Shown: positions 11,295 to 23,624, numbered from the whole stretch's first letter. The stretch is DNA of 59,378 bases, filler included, from 5 parts of 5 records of this genome joined end to end with filler, not necessarily neighbours in it, one strand, 5' to 3'. The notes: generated by a model not told the origin, from the sequence alone. Translations and numbers: made by a program.

Positions 11295-12607
11295 TGGCAA
11301 ATCTTATAAAAAATCAACAAAGCATTCTTGAAAAGCTAGGGATAAAAACTTTAAACTCGATGCAAGAGGAAGCAATTTCAGTTATAGACAAAACTGAAAA
11401 TACCATTTTGCTATCACCTACAGGTACAGGAAAAACGTTGGCCTTTCTATTACCAGTGATACAAACTTTAAATGCAGAGAATCCTGAAGTTCAAGCATTA
11501 ATTGTAGTACCCACCCGAGAACTTGCCATACAAATAGAACAAGTGGTTCGAAATATGGGCTCTGGGTTTAAAGTAAACGCAGTGTATGGTGGAAGGTCGA
11601 AAAGTAAAGATAAAATAGAATTAAAACACACGCCAGCTATCTTGGTTGGTACACCAGGAAGAATTTTAGACCATTTTGATGATGATCGCTTTTCAAAAGC
11701 AAGTATAAAAACACTTGTTTTAGATGAATATGATAAATCATTAGAGATTGGTTTTGAAGGGGAAATGCGTGAAATAATAAATGAGTTAACAAACGTTAGC
11801 AAACGTATCCTAACATCTGCCACGCAAGGTGTTGGTATACCTAAGTTTGTAAAATTGGCAAGTCCTATTGTACTTGATTTTCTTTTAGAAAAAATAGATC
11901 CTAAATTAGCCATCAAAACAGTAATTTCAGTCGATAAAGATAAGCTAGAAACCTTGTTATCTCTTATTACTTACCTTGGCAATCAACCAGGAATTATCTT
12001 TTGCAATTTTAGAGATAGCATTGAGTTGGTAAGTAATTTTTTAGGAAAAAACAAAATAAGTCACACCTGTTTTTCTGGCGGTATGGAACAAAAAGATCGT
12101 GAACGCGCTTTAATTAAATTCAGGAATGGAACGAGTAGGATTTTGGTGGCCACAGACCTTGCTGCTAGAGGGATTGATATCCCTGAATTAAAATTTATAA
12201 TTCATTATGAGCTTCCACACTCCGCGGTAGAATTTACACATAGAAATGGAAGAACTGCTCGAGTAAATGAAAAAGGAACTGCCTATGTTCTAAAATGGAA
12301 AAACCAGCTTTTACCAGATTTTATTGAAAAAACTGATGCAATAACTATTTCTAAAACTTCAGAGAATACTGAACAATATTGGGAAACGCTCTTTATCTCA
12401 GGCGGAAGAAAGGATAAAATTTCAAAGGGTGATATTGCAGGTTTGTTTATTAAACAAGGAAGTTTAACTCAAGAACAACTTGGGGTAATTGAGTTAAAGC
12501 AAGATTGTGCTTTTGTCGCTGTGCCGTTAACATTAGCATCAAGCCTAGTAGAAAAACTAACAAATACAAAGCTTAAAAAGAAGAAGGTACGAGTGTATAT
12601 TTTGTAA
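11294..12607 (+). CDS. DEAD-box RNA helicase, DbpA-like (DEYD variant) with C-terminal RNA-binding domain
   Basis: SPTGTGKT, PTRELA, LDEYD, SAT, ARGID, HRNGRTAR, and C-terminal GGRKDKISKGDIAG (DbpA RBD). TAATG overlap with the upstream helicase. Confidence 0.92.
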   Translation: MANLIKNQQSILEKLGIKTLNSMQEEAISVIDKTENTILLSPTGTGKTLAFLLPVIQTLNAENPEVQALIVVPTRELAIQIEQVVRNMGSGFKVNAVYGGRSKSKDKIELKHTPAILVGTPGRILDHFDDDRFSKASIKTLVLDEYDKSLEIGFEGEMREIINELTNVSKRILTSATQGVGIPKFVKLASPIVLDFLLEKIDPKLAIKTVISVDKDKLETLLSLITYLGNQPGIIFCNFRDSIELVSNFLGKNKISHTCFSGGMEQKDRERALIKFRNGTSRILVATDLAARGIDIPELKFIIHYELPHSAVEFTHRNGRTARVNEKGTAYVLKWKNQLLPDFIEKTDAITISKTSENTEQYWETLFISGGRKDKISKGDIAGLFIKQGSLTQEQLGVIELKQDCAFVAVPLTLASSLVEKLTNTKLKKKKVRVYIL

Positions 12608-12715
12608 TTTGTTGTAGTTAGTTGGTTAAAATATAAAAGTTCAGAAAATCGAATTTAACATGACTGCGTTAAATAAGTTTTTCCGAACCTTCAATTTTAA
12701 TGGTTTACATACATA

Positions 12716-13207
12716 TTATACTTCGGGGTGGTTGTCGCTACTTTTCATAGCCCAAGCATCAAGCATCCAACTTATTTTCTCAATGTGACCAATAAAGCCA
12801 CCAATTAAATCGATTGTACCCTCATCACCAGCTTCATCTGCTTTTTCGACAACTTTGCGCATTTGTTTTAAAAGTTTCCCGTGGTCATCTAAAAGAATTC
12901 GCACCATTTCAAGATCTTTTGTCTCTCCTGAAGATTCTTTAATATTACTCATTTCAAGATAATCAGAAAGATTACTAGTTGGTTGGTAGCGAAGTGTTAG
13001 GATGCGTTCTGCAATTTCGTCTACTTTTAGTTTTGCATCTTCATACATTTCTTCAAATTTAATATGAAGGTCAAAAAAATTACGCCCTACAACATTCCAA
13101 TGGAAGTTTCGTAATTTCTGGTAGTATAAATGGTAGTCTGCCAAAAGTATATTAAGTTCTTTCGCAGTGGCAGTTGTTTTCTTTTTATCAAGGTTTAAAT
13201 AGCCCAT
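12716..13207 (-). CDS. dps: DNA starvation/stationary phase protection protein
   Basis: NFHWNVVG..FFDLH..FEEMY....DEIAERI ferroxidase signature. Confidence 0.95.
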   Translation of the reverse strand: MGYLNLDKKKTTATAKELNILLADYHLYYQKLRNFHWNVVGRNFFDLHIKFEEMYEDAKLKVDEIAERILTLRYQPTSNLSDYLEMSNIKESSGETKDLEMVRILLDDHGKLLKQMRKVVEKADEAGDEGTIDLIGGFIGHIEKISWMLDAWAMKSSDNHPEV

Positions 13208-13386
13208 AGTTTTCTTTTTTAGTTTTACTCAAAGATAATAAACCACAATAGCGAAATCAATTTTAGAGGGGCATTTAGCCTTTTTTTAACGCTTAATATT
13301 TCAGTTATAAAACCTAAAAAGACCTTTGTTAACTAAAAACATTCCTTGTAATTATTGTGCCTTTCTCATCAAATTATAAATATTTT

Positions 13387-13512
13387 ATGCGTACCGTTTT
13401 AGCCATTGCAATAAAAGCTGCTTTAGAAGCTGGATCAGAAATTATGAAGGTTTATGAAACTAATTTTAATATAGAACATAAAGCTGATGAATCGCCTTTA
13501 AAACAAGGTTGA
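13387..13512 (+). pseudogene. cysQ: 5' remnant (41 codons) of 3'(2'),5'-bisphosphate nucleotidase
   Basis: Hand translation MRTVLAIAIKAALEAGSEIMKVYETNFNIEHKADESPLKQG* matches the CysQ N-terminus up to KxDxSPL, then breaks off. Too short for the ORF track. Confidence 0.75.
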
Positions 13513-13774
13513 ATTAAGGATTTTTAAATGTATATTATTTAATTATATAAAAATTATAGTCTGTATTTATAAAAAAAACCATCTAATGTGCAATTTTTTT
13601 TAATAAACTTAGTTTTTAAATTATTGTTTATGCAATCAAACCTAATTAAAAAAGGATAAAAGATATATTTATTTTACTTTTGTAACAGTTGTTTTTTATG
13701 AATTATATTATTTAACACAATCAAAAAAGCGTTTGCCTAAGTAAGCAAAAATTAATAAACTAAAATTCTCCCCT

Positions 13775-14425
13775 ATGTTTTTATTGAATACTAAGCGATT
13801 GTGTTTTGTGTTTTTAATTTTAATTGGATTTTCTGCTTCTTCTCAGGAAGATAAGTTTAATCGTACTTCTATTGAGTTTACAACAGGTGTTCATGTTCCA
13901 TTTGCTCCAGTAGACCATATATCTAGAAGTAAATATGTTGGGTTTAAGCAATTTCAAATTTCTGGCCGCTATATGTTTACTGAAAAGTTTGGTCTAAAAG
14001 GGCACTATGCTTTTAATGGGTTTTCTTCCTCTAAAAATAAGAATTATAAAATTAGTTTTAACCGTGTTGGCTTAGAAGCTGTTGCGAATGTAGGGAAGTT
14101 ATTAAATGTTGATTACCATCTTCGTGAGCGTTTAGGACTTTTGATACATTCGGGCTTTGGTATTACTTTAGCAAACCCCTCATTTGTTGATGGTACAGAC
14201 CACATAGGAAACTTTTTAATTGGCTTAACCGGACAAATAAAATTAAATGATAGTTTTGCGCTTTTAGGTGATATGACCTATATAAGTAGTTTTGAACAGC
14301 AATATTCTTATAAAGGCCAATTGATAAACTCTAATTTTGATCCTGTTTCAGGAAGTTTTGTAAATATTAGTATTGGTATTATGTACAATTTTGGTGAAGA
14401 ACGATATCATGCAGATTGGTATTAA
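13775..14425 (+). CDS. Outer-membrane beta-barrel protein (OmpA-like N-terminal barrel)
   Basis: Signal peptide, amphipathic strands (GRYMFTEKFGLK), and the HADW motif seen after the barrel in Flavobacteriaceae OmpA-like proteins. Confidence 0.65.
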   Translation: MFLLNTKRLCFVFLILIGFSASSQEDKFNRTSIEFTTGVHVPFAPVDHISRSKYVGFKQFQISGRYMFTEKFGLKGHYAFNGFSSSKNKNYKISFNRVGLEAVANVGKLLNVDYHLRERLGLLIHSGFGITLANPSFVDGTDHIGNFLIGLTGQIKLNDSFALLGDMTYISSFEQQYSYKGQLINSNFDPVSGSFVNISIGIMYNFGEERYHADWY

Positions 14426-14634
14426 TACTTCGTTATCACCACCTTATATTTTGTTATTTTTAAAGTATTTTTTCTAAATTTATACTTTCATCTTTTATTT
14501 TTCCCCCTTTAATCTAAGAGCATAACATATAGATAACTTTATAACGTCATTTATTGACGTTTTATCGGAGATGATTTTCTATATTTGTGACTTTTAAAAA
14601 TGTTAACTTTTTTAACAAATTAGGGGTTATTATA

Positions 14635-15774
14635 ATGAAAAAAATTCTTATTGTATTTGGAACCAGACCAGAAGCTATTAAAATGGCTCCTTTGGTTAAG
14701 GAGTTTGAATTACATCCAGAAGAATTTGATGTACGAGTTTGTGTAACTGCCCAACATCGTGAAATGTTAGACCAGGTTCTTACATTTTTTGACATCAAAC
14801 CACAATATGATTTAGATTTAATGAAACCGGGTCAAGACCTTTATGGTCTTACTGCTGCAATTATCACGGAATTAAAACCTGTATTAGAAAATTTTAGACC
14901 TGATTATGTTTTTGTTCATGGCGACACCACAACAACTATGGCTTCAAGTATAGCTGGTTTTTATAGTGGTGCTAAAGTTTGTCATATTGAAGCAGGTCTT
15001 CGTACTCATAACAAATATGCGCCTTTCCCAGAGGAGATTAACAGGCAAATAACGGGCCGACTTACGGATTATCATTTTGCACCTACTAATGCTTCCAAGG
15101 AAAATTTATTAAGAGAAAACATTGATACAAACAATATATTAGTAACAGGTAATACTGTTATAGATGCACTAATTCAAAGTGTAGAAAAAGTTAAGCGAGA
15201 ACCGAGTCCTTTGGTTAAAGAGTTAGATAATAAATTAAATAATGCTTCTTTATTATTAGTTACTGGTCATAGAAGAGAAAATCACGGTGATGGCTTTATT
15301 CGAATTTGTGAAGCATTAAAAACAATTGCTATTGAACGTAAAGAATTGCAAATTGTTTATCCTGTACACTTAAATCCAAAAGTATTAGAACCTGTTAATC
15401 GTATATTGGGTAATATAGAAAATATTCATTTAATAGAACCCTTAGCGTACCACGATTTTATTTGGATGATGGATCGTGCTAAAATAATTATAACGGATAG
15501 TGGTGGAGTACAAGAAGAAGCTCCGAGTCTAGGTAAACCCGTTTTGGTTATGCGTGAAACAACCGAACGACCTGAAGCTGTAGATGCCGGAACCGTAATT
15601 TTAGTAGGTACAAATAGCCAAAAAATAATTAACGAAACCTATGCATTATTAGACGATGATACGCATTTTAAAGAAATGAGTAGTAGACATAATCCGTATG
15701 GTGATGGAAATGCATGTATTAGGATTGTTAATTTTATGAAGGAATTAGAATTAAAAAAAGCTTTAGAAAAATAA
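14635..15774 (+). CDS. wecB: UDP-N-acetylglucosamine 2-epimerase (non-hydrolysing)
   Basis: [55 protein letters not shown] at 14635. Confidence 0.96.
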   Translation: MKKILIVFGTRPEAIKMAPLVKEFELHPEEFDVRVCVTAQHREMLDQVLTFFDIKPQYDLDLMKPGQDLYGLTAAIITELKPVLENFRPDYVFVHGDTTTTMASSIAGFYSGAKVCHIEAGLRTHNKYAPFPEEINRQITGRLTDYHFAPTNASKENLLRENIDTNNILVTGNTVIDALIQSVEKVKREPSPLVKELDNKLNNASLLLVTGHRRENHGDGFIRICEALKTIAIERKELQIVYPVHLNPKVLEPVNRILGNIENIHLIEPLAYHDFIWMMDRAKIIITDSGGVQEEAPSLGKPVLVMRETTERPEAVDAGTVILVGTNSQKIINETYALLDDDTHFKEMSSRHNPYGDGNACIRIVNFMKELELKKALEK

Positions 15775-15936
15775 TTTGCTTCAATCGTAGATGAGTGAAC
15801 CATGGATTAAATATGAAAGTTAATTGCTACTGAAGATTGAACTTTTAGTTTTTTTAATTGATCTATATCAAACCGAATGTTTTGACTCTTGCTAATGAAT
15901 TGAATACTAAATAAGAATAAAAATAAAAAACAACCA

Positions 15937-16779
15937 ATGATTCCAGATGTAGTAACCATAGGTTTAGGATATATAGGATTACCAACTTCAGCATTAATGG
16001 CTTCAAAGGGCATGCAAGTTCATGGTGTTGACGTGAATGAAGAAGTTGTTAAAACCATAAACCAAGGAAAGATTCATATTATTGAAATGGATTTGGAAGA
16101 AGCTGTTGCTTCAGCAGTAAAATCTGGGCATTTAATTGCCGATGTAAAACCAGTTGTAGCAAATACATATTTAGTAGTTGTTCCAACCCCATTTAAAGGT
16201 AATCATGAACCAGATATCTCATACGTTGAAGCAGCTACAAAAGCTATAATTCCTTTGTTAAAAGAGGGTGATTTATATATTATAGAATCTACGTCCCCGA
16301 TTGGAACAACCGAAAAAATGATGGAGCTTATTTTTAAAGAGCGTCAAGAACTTAAGGGCAAAATTCAATTAGCATATTGTCCTGAAAGAGTACTGCCGGG
16401 TAATGTTATGCACGAGTTGGTTTATAATGATAGGGTAATAGGTGGTGTTGATGATGCGAGTACTGAAAAAGCAATTACATTTTATAAACAATTCGTTAAA
16501 GGAGAATTACACGCTACAAACGCACGTACAGCGGAGATGTGTAAGCTTACAGAAAATTCAAGTCGCGATGTCCAAATAGCTTTTGCTAATGAACTCTCTT
16601 TAATTTGTGATAAAGCAGGTATAAATGTTTGGGAATTAATTCGGTTGGCAAACAAACACCCTCGTGTAAATATTTTACAACCTGGTTGTGGAGTAGGTGG
16701 CCATTGTATAGCTGTAGATCCTTACTTTATTACTTCAGACTTTCCTTTAGAATCTCAAATTATTGGGAAAGCAAGAGAA
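15937..16779 (+). CDS. wecC: UDP-N-acetyl-D-mannosamine dehydrogenase (3'-truncated)
   Basis: GLGYIGLPT, VPTP, ESTSPIGTT, CPERVLPG, GVGGHCI; follows wecB. Confidence 0.93.
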
Positions 16780-16879
16780 NNNNNNNNNNNNNNNNNNNNN
16801 NNNNNNNNNNNNNNNNNNNNNNNTTAATTAATTAANNNNNNNNNNNNNNNNNNNNNNNNNNNNNNNNNNNNNNNNNNNN
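16780..16879. other. Artificial contig linker
   Basis: N44-TTAATTAATTAA-N44. Confidence 0.98.
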
Positions 16880-17644
16880 GGGGGGGGGGGGGGGGGGGGG
16901 GGGGATCTAGGCCTCAACCATCCGGAAAAAGGGGCGTGAACAGGTGGGATGGCACAAGGAGCTATGGGCCATTCCTACTGGACCTTGGGCTTTGAGCAAC
17001 AATTACCCGGAGAACCCAGCCGTCGCCCGCTGGCGAGTGAGCGCACTGATGCCACGCTGAGGAGGTTCGGTCCGAGCAGGCGCCGCCAGGCCCGGGGGGC
17101 GGCCGGGCGGCCGGTTCCCGGCCGGACCGTCACGGGCTGCCTCAAAGTGACGGACTGGCTCTCACCGTGCGAAGTCTCTGGGCCCTACCGTACTCAGTGC
17201 GGCCGGTCCGTGCTGAGTCCGGCCGGGGCATTGTTTGTTGCTAAGTTTAGCCCGCGTGCCCCACGACCCTGTCTCTCAACAGTGGTTCCGTTGTAGTGAG
17301 AGTTTCCGTTAATTGTGTGAGTGGGACGGTCTGGCGGCCAGACCGTCACCGTCAGCCGGCGGCTGGCTGATCCGTTGGGGGGCACTGCGCCGCCGCCGGG
17401 GTTTGTTGGGCGGACCGCCGTAAAGTCCAAGAGGCCTCTTCTTGGGAGACATCGCGGACCCCTTCTGATGCTACTGAGTGACTGACACCGCCCGCCGCGG
17501 CTGACAGCCTGGCGGCCCGACGGGCCGCGGGAGCCGTGCCCCCGCGCCGGAGCCCGGGCGGAGGTGAGTCCTCTTCGCATAAGTGCGACCCAGCTGAACC
17601 ACTGTTACTCTAGCTTCGAGGGGCTCAGGTCACAGCACATAGCC

Positions 17645-18952
17645 ATGCCGGAGAACAAGGTGGGAAACGCCGGCGTGGTGCGGACACAAATGCTCCAGGC
17701 GGAAAACTCCGGGCAGTTTGACCAGGAGCCGGGAGTGACAACCGTGACATATTTCCAATGTGAGGACTTTGATAAGACGGTGGCGCTTGTGCGAGGCCGC
17801 GTTGAGAAGGTTCTTGAACTTAACAGGTGGCTCCTGGGCAGTCTTGTCAAGGTGTCTGGGAAGCTACACTTAGAGTGGGACAGTCAGTGTGATATCGGCG
17901 CGTCCATGCCACAGGTATTCTTTGCACGGACAAAGTCACAGTTCGACCTGAAGTACAAGTGCTCTTATGCGGGCATCTGCAAGGCACTTGGTAATAAGAA
18001 GAACCCCGCTTGGGTGTTAGCGGGAAAGAGCCTGAAGAACAAAAGGGACCAGAGATTGTTCAAGGTGGGAGTTTTCCAGTGCAGTGATGATGATAAGATG
18101 GTTGGACTGGTGGCGTCACTGTCTCACACTGTGGGGGATGGACATACTTATTATACCATCTTGAATATGCTGTGGGATGGAGGGTCACCGTCCGCTCTGA
18201 CTGTAGAGAGAGAGCACAAGTTCCATGAAGCGCAGAAGGATGTGTTGGGGAAGAAGGAGGTGTCATTGCTCTTTTCAAAGTTGTTGATGGCCAACTATTT
18301 TTGGAAATTCGTGCGCGACCGTGTTCTGGCAAAGAAGACGAACTTGTCTTTGTTCTATATAGATGATGAAAAGGTGAAAGTCTTGAAGGAGGAGGCGGCT
18401 AGCAATGGCGAGGTGCCTTATGTATCGACCAATGACATTGTGTCTTCTCACTTTTTTAAACTTTCCAACTCGCAAGTTTCCATGATGGCGATCAACTTAA
18501 GGAACAGGGTGGGGCATCTACCTGACATCAACGAGGCGACTGCAGGGAACTATGAGAATGTGATCGTATTTGGAAGAGGGGATTACGAGCGACCGGCGCT
18601 TATCAGAAAAGCGATGATGAAACCGGGAGGTGTGTTTAGGAGGGCAGGCTCCGACCCTCCGTCGAAGCTGCCTGATGGTATGTCACGGCTTACTTGCAGT
18701 TGGTGTATGATTACCAACTGGTCCACATTTGCAAAGGAGCCGGCGCTAGAAGGGTGCTCCCTGAAGTTGCACCTTCCCACTGGAGAGCTTTCCACCGTTC
18801 CAATGGACTTCTGTGTGGTATTCGTGGCGGACAAAGGACGTCACGGTGTGCTGCTCGTGGGTCCACACATGAATCATCGAGAACTCAAGGCAAGGTTTGC
18901 CAAGCCTGAATATCCATTTGGAGACGAGTTTCCATCGCACTTGTTCACGTGA
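17645..18952 (+). CDS. Eukaryotic CoA-dependent acyltransferase-like protein (HxxxD, BAHD/transferase-like fold)
   Basis: SHTVGDG HxxxDG motif, VSTNDIV, AINLRNR, AGNY and ITNWS. ATG 17645. A possible 50-nt 5'-UTR intron lies at 17564-17613 (GTGAGT...CTGAAC...TAG). Confidence 0.7.
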   Translation: MPENKVGNAGVVRTQMLQAENSGQFDQEPGVTTVTYFQCEDFDKTVALVRGRVEKVLELNRWLLGSLVKVSGKLHLEWDSQCDIGASMPQVFFARTKSQFDLKYKCSYAGICKALGNKKNPAWVLAGKSLKNKRDQRLFKVGVFQCSDDDKMVGLVASLSHTVGDGHTYYTILNMLWDGGSPSALTVEREHKFHEAQKDVLGKKEVSLLFSKLLMANYFWKFVRDRVLAKKTNLSLFYIDDEKVKVLKEEAASNGEVPYVSTNDIVSSHFFKLSNSQVSMMAINLRNRVGHLPDINEATAGNYENVIVFGRGDYERPALIRKAMMKPGGVFRRAGSDPPSKLPDGMSRLTCSWCMITNWSTFAKEPALEGCSLKLHLPTGELSTVPMDFCVVFVADKGRHGVLLVGPHMNHRELKARFAKPEYPFGDEFPSHLFT

Positions 18953-19567
18953 CGTTTGGTTATGAGCGGATGACCTGTCCGGCGCTTTTAGCAAGTCCCA
19001 ACACAGTGTGGCTGCTGCAATGCCACGGAGACAATCCGTCCAAAGGTGTTGTGGTGGCTGCTACGCACTATTGTGTACTATTTATAGAAGCAGGGACGCC
19101 CGCAAAAAAAATTAATGAACACGTGTCCACTACCTCAGTCATCCCAACAATATCCCTTATGGGATGGCACTATATTATTCCATCCGAAAATCTACGGTTG
19201 TCGGTGCACCCAGCACCTACACCGCACAGCGAAGATCACGCGCGGCCGCCCCCGGGCCGCCCGGCAGGGCGGGGCCTGCGGCACCGTTCAGGCCCGGCCT
19301 GGCGCCGCGGCGGCCCAGTGGCGGCGGGCGGGCGCACGCACGCGCCGTCGGCCAGCCGGCACTCGGCGGCTGACGCTGCGTTTGGACGGGCCACTCTCCG
19401 GCGAGCCGACCCGCCCGCCTGAGTCCGGCCGCACTGCGCCGATCCGGGCTCCGGCTTTTGTCGGGCGTATTGTTTTGAGAACTGTGCGTTGGTCGCATGC
19501 TGGGATTGCACTTGTAATATAAAGAGTAGGTTCTCAAAACTATGTTCTATAGCTTAGCTCTAGGAAT

Positions 19568-22500
19568 ATGTCACTCGACCGGGGCGCACTCCTTCCTATT
19601 GGACTGCTGCTGCTCTGCTCGTTGGTGCTGGCATCTGACAGCGACGAGCAAGGACGGCCGGCAGAGGGCGAAGCATGTAGCTCCCGCGTTTTGGAGTCTC
19701 GGGAAGCTCTGATGGAAAGCCTAAGTGTGATTGCGCTGGAGAACACGGATCCGCTTACTACGAGGACTGCAACGGTGAAGCAGTTCATAGAAGGACTCGT
19801 TCAGGCTATGGCCAGCATCACTCCTGCCTGTCGGCATGGTGGCGCGGAGGCAGCCTCTCTTGTCGCTGACCTGGTCCATGACTTGTATGTGCAGTTTGCG
19901 AATTCTGCCATTGCACGTACACCAAGCTATCCAAGGTTCGATCATTTTAAGAGTATGGAACCCTTGTTCGAAGGGTATATAGGGTTTCTTAAAGATGTTG
20001 GCATTACTGAGGATGATTTGAAGAAGGCCAACGGTCCTCTGTGGTCAATGATATCTAGACTACCCATGCAAACTTTCGTTGAAGAGTCGGCGGAGTCCCT
20101 GCGTCCATATCGCATGCCGATTTCAGAGTGCCAACGCTTTTACACCGAATGGAACACAAACTCGGCCCCGTGGTTCTTTCACCCCCTGACTTACAACACC
20201 CGTTCTAGTATGATTCGGCTATCGAAGATGGCTAGGATGAAGCTTAATGGTCTTGAGCTCACGAGTTACTGCAATTGGGAGGGCCTTACCAACGATTCCT
20301 TCGATGAGTTTTCTGAGACATGCGTTGGAAGCGTAAGCATTGGCTTCCTGTGGAGATTAGCGAACAAGAACTTGAAAATCAAACGCAATACAAATATATT
20401 TGGTTTGACTATTTCTGACAAGAGTCAAGAGGCATTCGTCGCCGCTTTGCCAGCAGCCCTCAACCCATCTAGCGACGTTGACGTTGCGGGTACACTCAGC
20501 CTTCTTGAAGAATTGGCTAGGATGGACATTAGCACTTTAACTTCTGCTCTTTCGAGGGAGCATGCGCCGGGCGAGGGCATGTTGGTGAAGAAACTGTTTG
20601 ACGGTGTTATCAAGTACATCGCAAGTTTGGAGTCGTCGACGAAGGGCGCCAAATCATTGGCGAATGACTTGACCAAGTTCGTTAAGGCCAACTTTGGAAA
20701 GAAGACGAAAAATCACACGGACGCCAAGCTGTTGAAGACCCTTCACCTGCGGAGTACCATCAAGAGTTTCAGTCATGTAAGTGGGGTTGGTCAACAGAAC
20801 CAGTTTTCGGTTTGTAACATGGGTGCTTTATAGGTATCAAAGTTGTTTTTTGCGGTTAGTCGCACCGATTTGTTCACTCAAAACCACTCGAGTGACCCCA
20901 CGAGTATCAAGAAAACGCTTGAATTAGTGACCACTACAGTGCCAGGCCTGACATTCCACAAGTCGTTAAGCCTCAACACTAAAGACAGCCGGGCGATCCT
21001 GGAGGCAATGAATATCGTTTCCTCAGCCACGCTGGGTTTGGCCGCCATCATGACGGATGCCTCACGGAGGCCTCTCCTCAACGCAGTGACAACTTCTCTC
21101 TCCGGCAAAAAAGCCTCTGAAAAACTGACCAGGTTTGCCCTGCTGATGCTGTATACGTTCCACGGAAATGGGCGAAGCGCCGACAACATTGCTACTGCCA
21201 GCAGGTTGTCAACGGGTTATGTAACGCGAACTGACAAGGGTGCCCAGAGAAGCTTGATGAAAACTATTGCGTCGCTTGCATCATTGAAAGTATCGGAATG
21301 GTAAGCGGATGAAATCGGGGCGTCTCCATCCTCGTTCTAACATGACGTGCCCAGCGGGACTGAATCGGAGCGTGTTGTCACGTTCAATTTCGTGTATTAT
21401 GCTGTGAAGGGATATGTTCAGAGGACGTTTGATCAAGGCCATGAACCTGAATCAGAGCCACTGGATGCCGCCGTGATTCTGCGCTCAATAGACCAAATGG
21501 CTCCATTTGCGTGCTCAAAGGTTTCATTCGCGAAAGGGTCGTACGACAAGTTCGTTGGCGTCATGACGAAGCAGTTTGATGTTGACTACCTGATGAGTCC
21601 CTGGCTGATGGAAGGCCTCTATAACGCAATGTTTCCTGACAAGCAGGTGTCGCTAGATCAGTTTGAAAATGCCCTGCAGAGCGAAGCAAATCCTCTCCGC
21701 ATGTCTACAGACATTATGGCATATCACCTCCTGCAGCTGAATGAGGCGGATGGGTCTCATCAAGAGCCGGAGGTCCTGACGGGCAGTGATGATGAAATCG
21801 AAGAATACACTTATGCGCAGGTGGGCAAGATCGAAACGATCCTATTTCGGGATATCCTTGGGCTTGGATCGGAAAGTTTCGAGGACTTTCGGGCGTCGTC
21901 TCCCGACAATGTCAAGGTACGAGCACCTAGTTTTGGCTGCAGATGTCCCTGGTGCCTGACCGTGCTAACCGTAGATAATGGAACCATTTAACAATCATAT
22001 TCGCAACGTATGGCTCAGAAATGAAGAGACTGTTGATGACCCTGCATGGCTGTTCAACATGGGAGAATGGACTGAAGGGTCTTGCCAGGCAATCAGTTCA
22101 AGTGAAGTGTACTATAACACTGGCGTTGTGGGAACGATGGCCAGTGCTAATATGCGACTGATGGCTGCGTCAAGCCACGACCTCCTCGGTGAAGCAGCTG
22201 GCAGCAAGACTCCTATTGCAAGCCGATGCGTGATTCGAATTCTCAAGCACGAGGACTATGATGCCGTTGTGGTGAGTTGATGATTGCGTGTCGCCGCGCC
22301 AATGCCCAATCAATGTTGGAATCCTACTCACTGCCCCTCCTCGTACAGCTTATTGATCGCGCGTACTTTGGAAAATGGCTCTCAACGGAGGTGGACGCCC
22401 GACAAGAGGTCTTTGACATCATGGCGGCCAAGGCGGCAAAACTGGTGGAGCGACTGAGCGACGAGGGCCGGTACCGTATCGCATTGATCAATGCTGCGGA

Positions 22501-23072
22501 CGAGGCCATGTGGGAGGTAGCGTTTTCCAAGCTCGGTGTCAAGAATCTTCCTGTCGCCACTCCTGACCAAACCAAAGCCTTCAAGAAATCCGAGCTGCTG
22601 ATGACGGGTTCGATCGGGCCGACGTACCTTGACGTGAATGGGGGTCTGTTCGAAGGTCGGGTTCTTATTAGCAACACGTTTATTCAAGACAATGCGATCC
22701 GAGTTTCGGCTGCTCACATAACCCCTGCTGGGGGCGCGCCCCCCGACTTCGGTAAGCCATTGCGTGGGGACGTGGAACAATCTGTTCCAGACCAAGGGTC
22801 TAGCGAAAATGACGATTGGGGCGATGATGAGAAGAGCGTGGAGTCGGAAGGAGGCATGGATCACCATGACGAGAGGCCTGAAGCATTTGCAAACCATGAT
22901 GCGCCACCCCAGTTGAGCTGGGGAGAGGGGAGCGAGGACTTCAAAACGTTTTCTGAAGGTGACAGCAATTCAGCACCGAGCAGAGTCTCTGGCTACCACG
23001 GTTCTGGCGGCGACTTCGAGAATATGTACTTTGATGTCAAGAACGGCGATGGTGACCATAATTCGAAGAAGG
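19568..23072 (+). CDS. Multi-exon eukaryotic secreted protein of unknown function (over 1080 aa, 3'-truncated)
   Basis: Exons 19568-20776, 20834-21300, 21355-21916, 21975-22271 and 22349-end. Introns 20777-20833, 21301-21354, 21917-21974 and 22272-22348 are all GT..AG with CTAAC-like branch sites, and removing them joins five ORFs in frame. N-terminal signal peptide. Confidence 0.85.
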
Positions 23073-23172
23073 NNNNNNNNNNNNNNNNNNNNNNNNNNNN
23101 NNNNNNNNNNNNNNNNTTAATTAATTAANNNNNNNNNNNNNNNNNNNNNNNNNNNNNNNNNNNNNNNNNNNN
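23073..23172. other. Artificial contig linker
   Basis: N44-TTAATTAATTAA-N44. Confidence 0.98.
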
Positions 23173-23173
23173 T

Positions 23174-23557
<384 letters not shown>

Positions 23558-23580
23558 CATAAAATCTTATCCTTACTAAA

Positions 23581-23624
23581 TACAAACCCCTGAGCCTCAA
23601 AACCGGTTCAGGGGTTTGTATTTT
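23581..23624 (+). terminator. Intrinsic terminator after lysS
   Basis: TACAAACCCCTGA / TCAGGGGTTTGTA 13-bp stem followed by TTTT. Confidence 0.8.

Noticed and set aside
16880-16904. Poly-G run of 25 nt (possible G-quadruplex or telomere)
   Set aside because: Lies at a contig start and is typical of a no-signal artefact of two-colour sequencing.
16949-19537. Short ORFs in the GC-rich islands of the eukaryotic contig
   Set aside because: Low-complexity translations without motifs; more likely promoter or UTR sequence.
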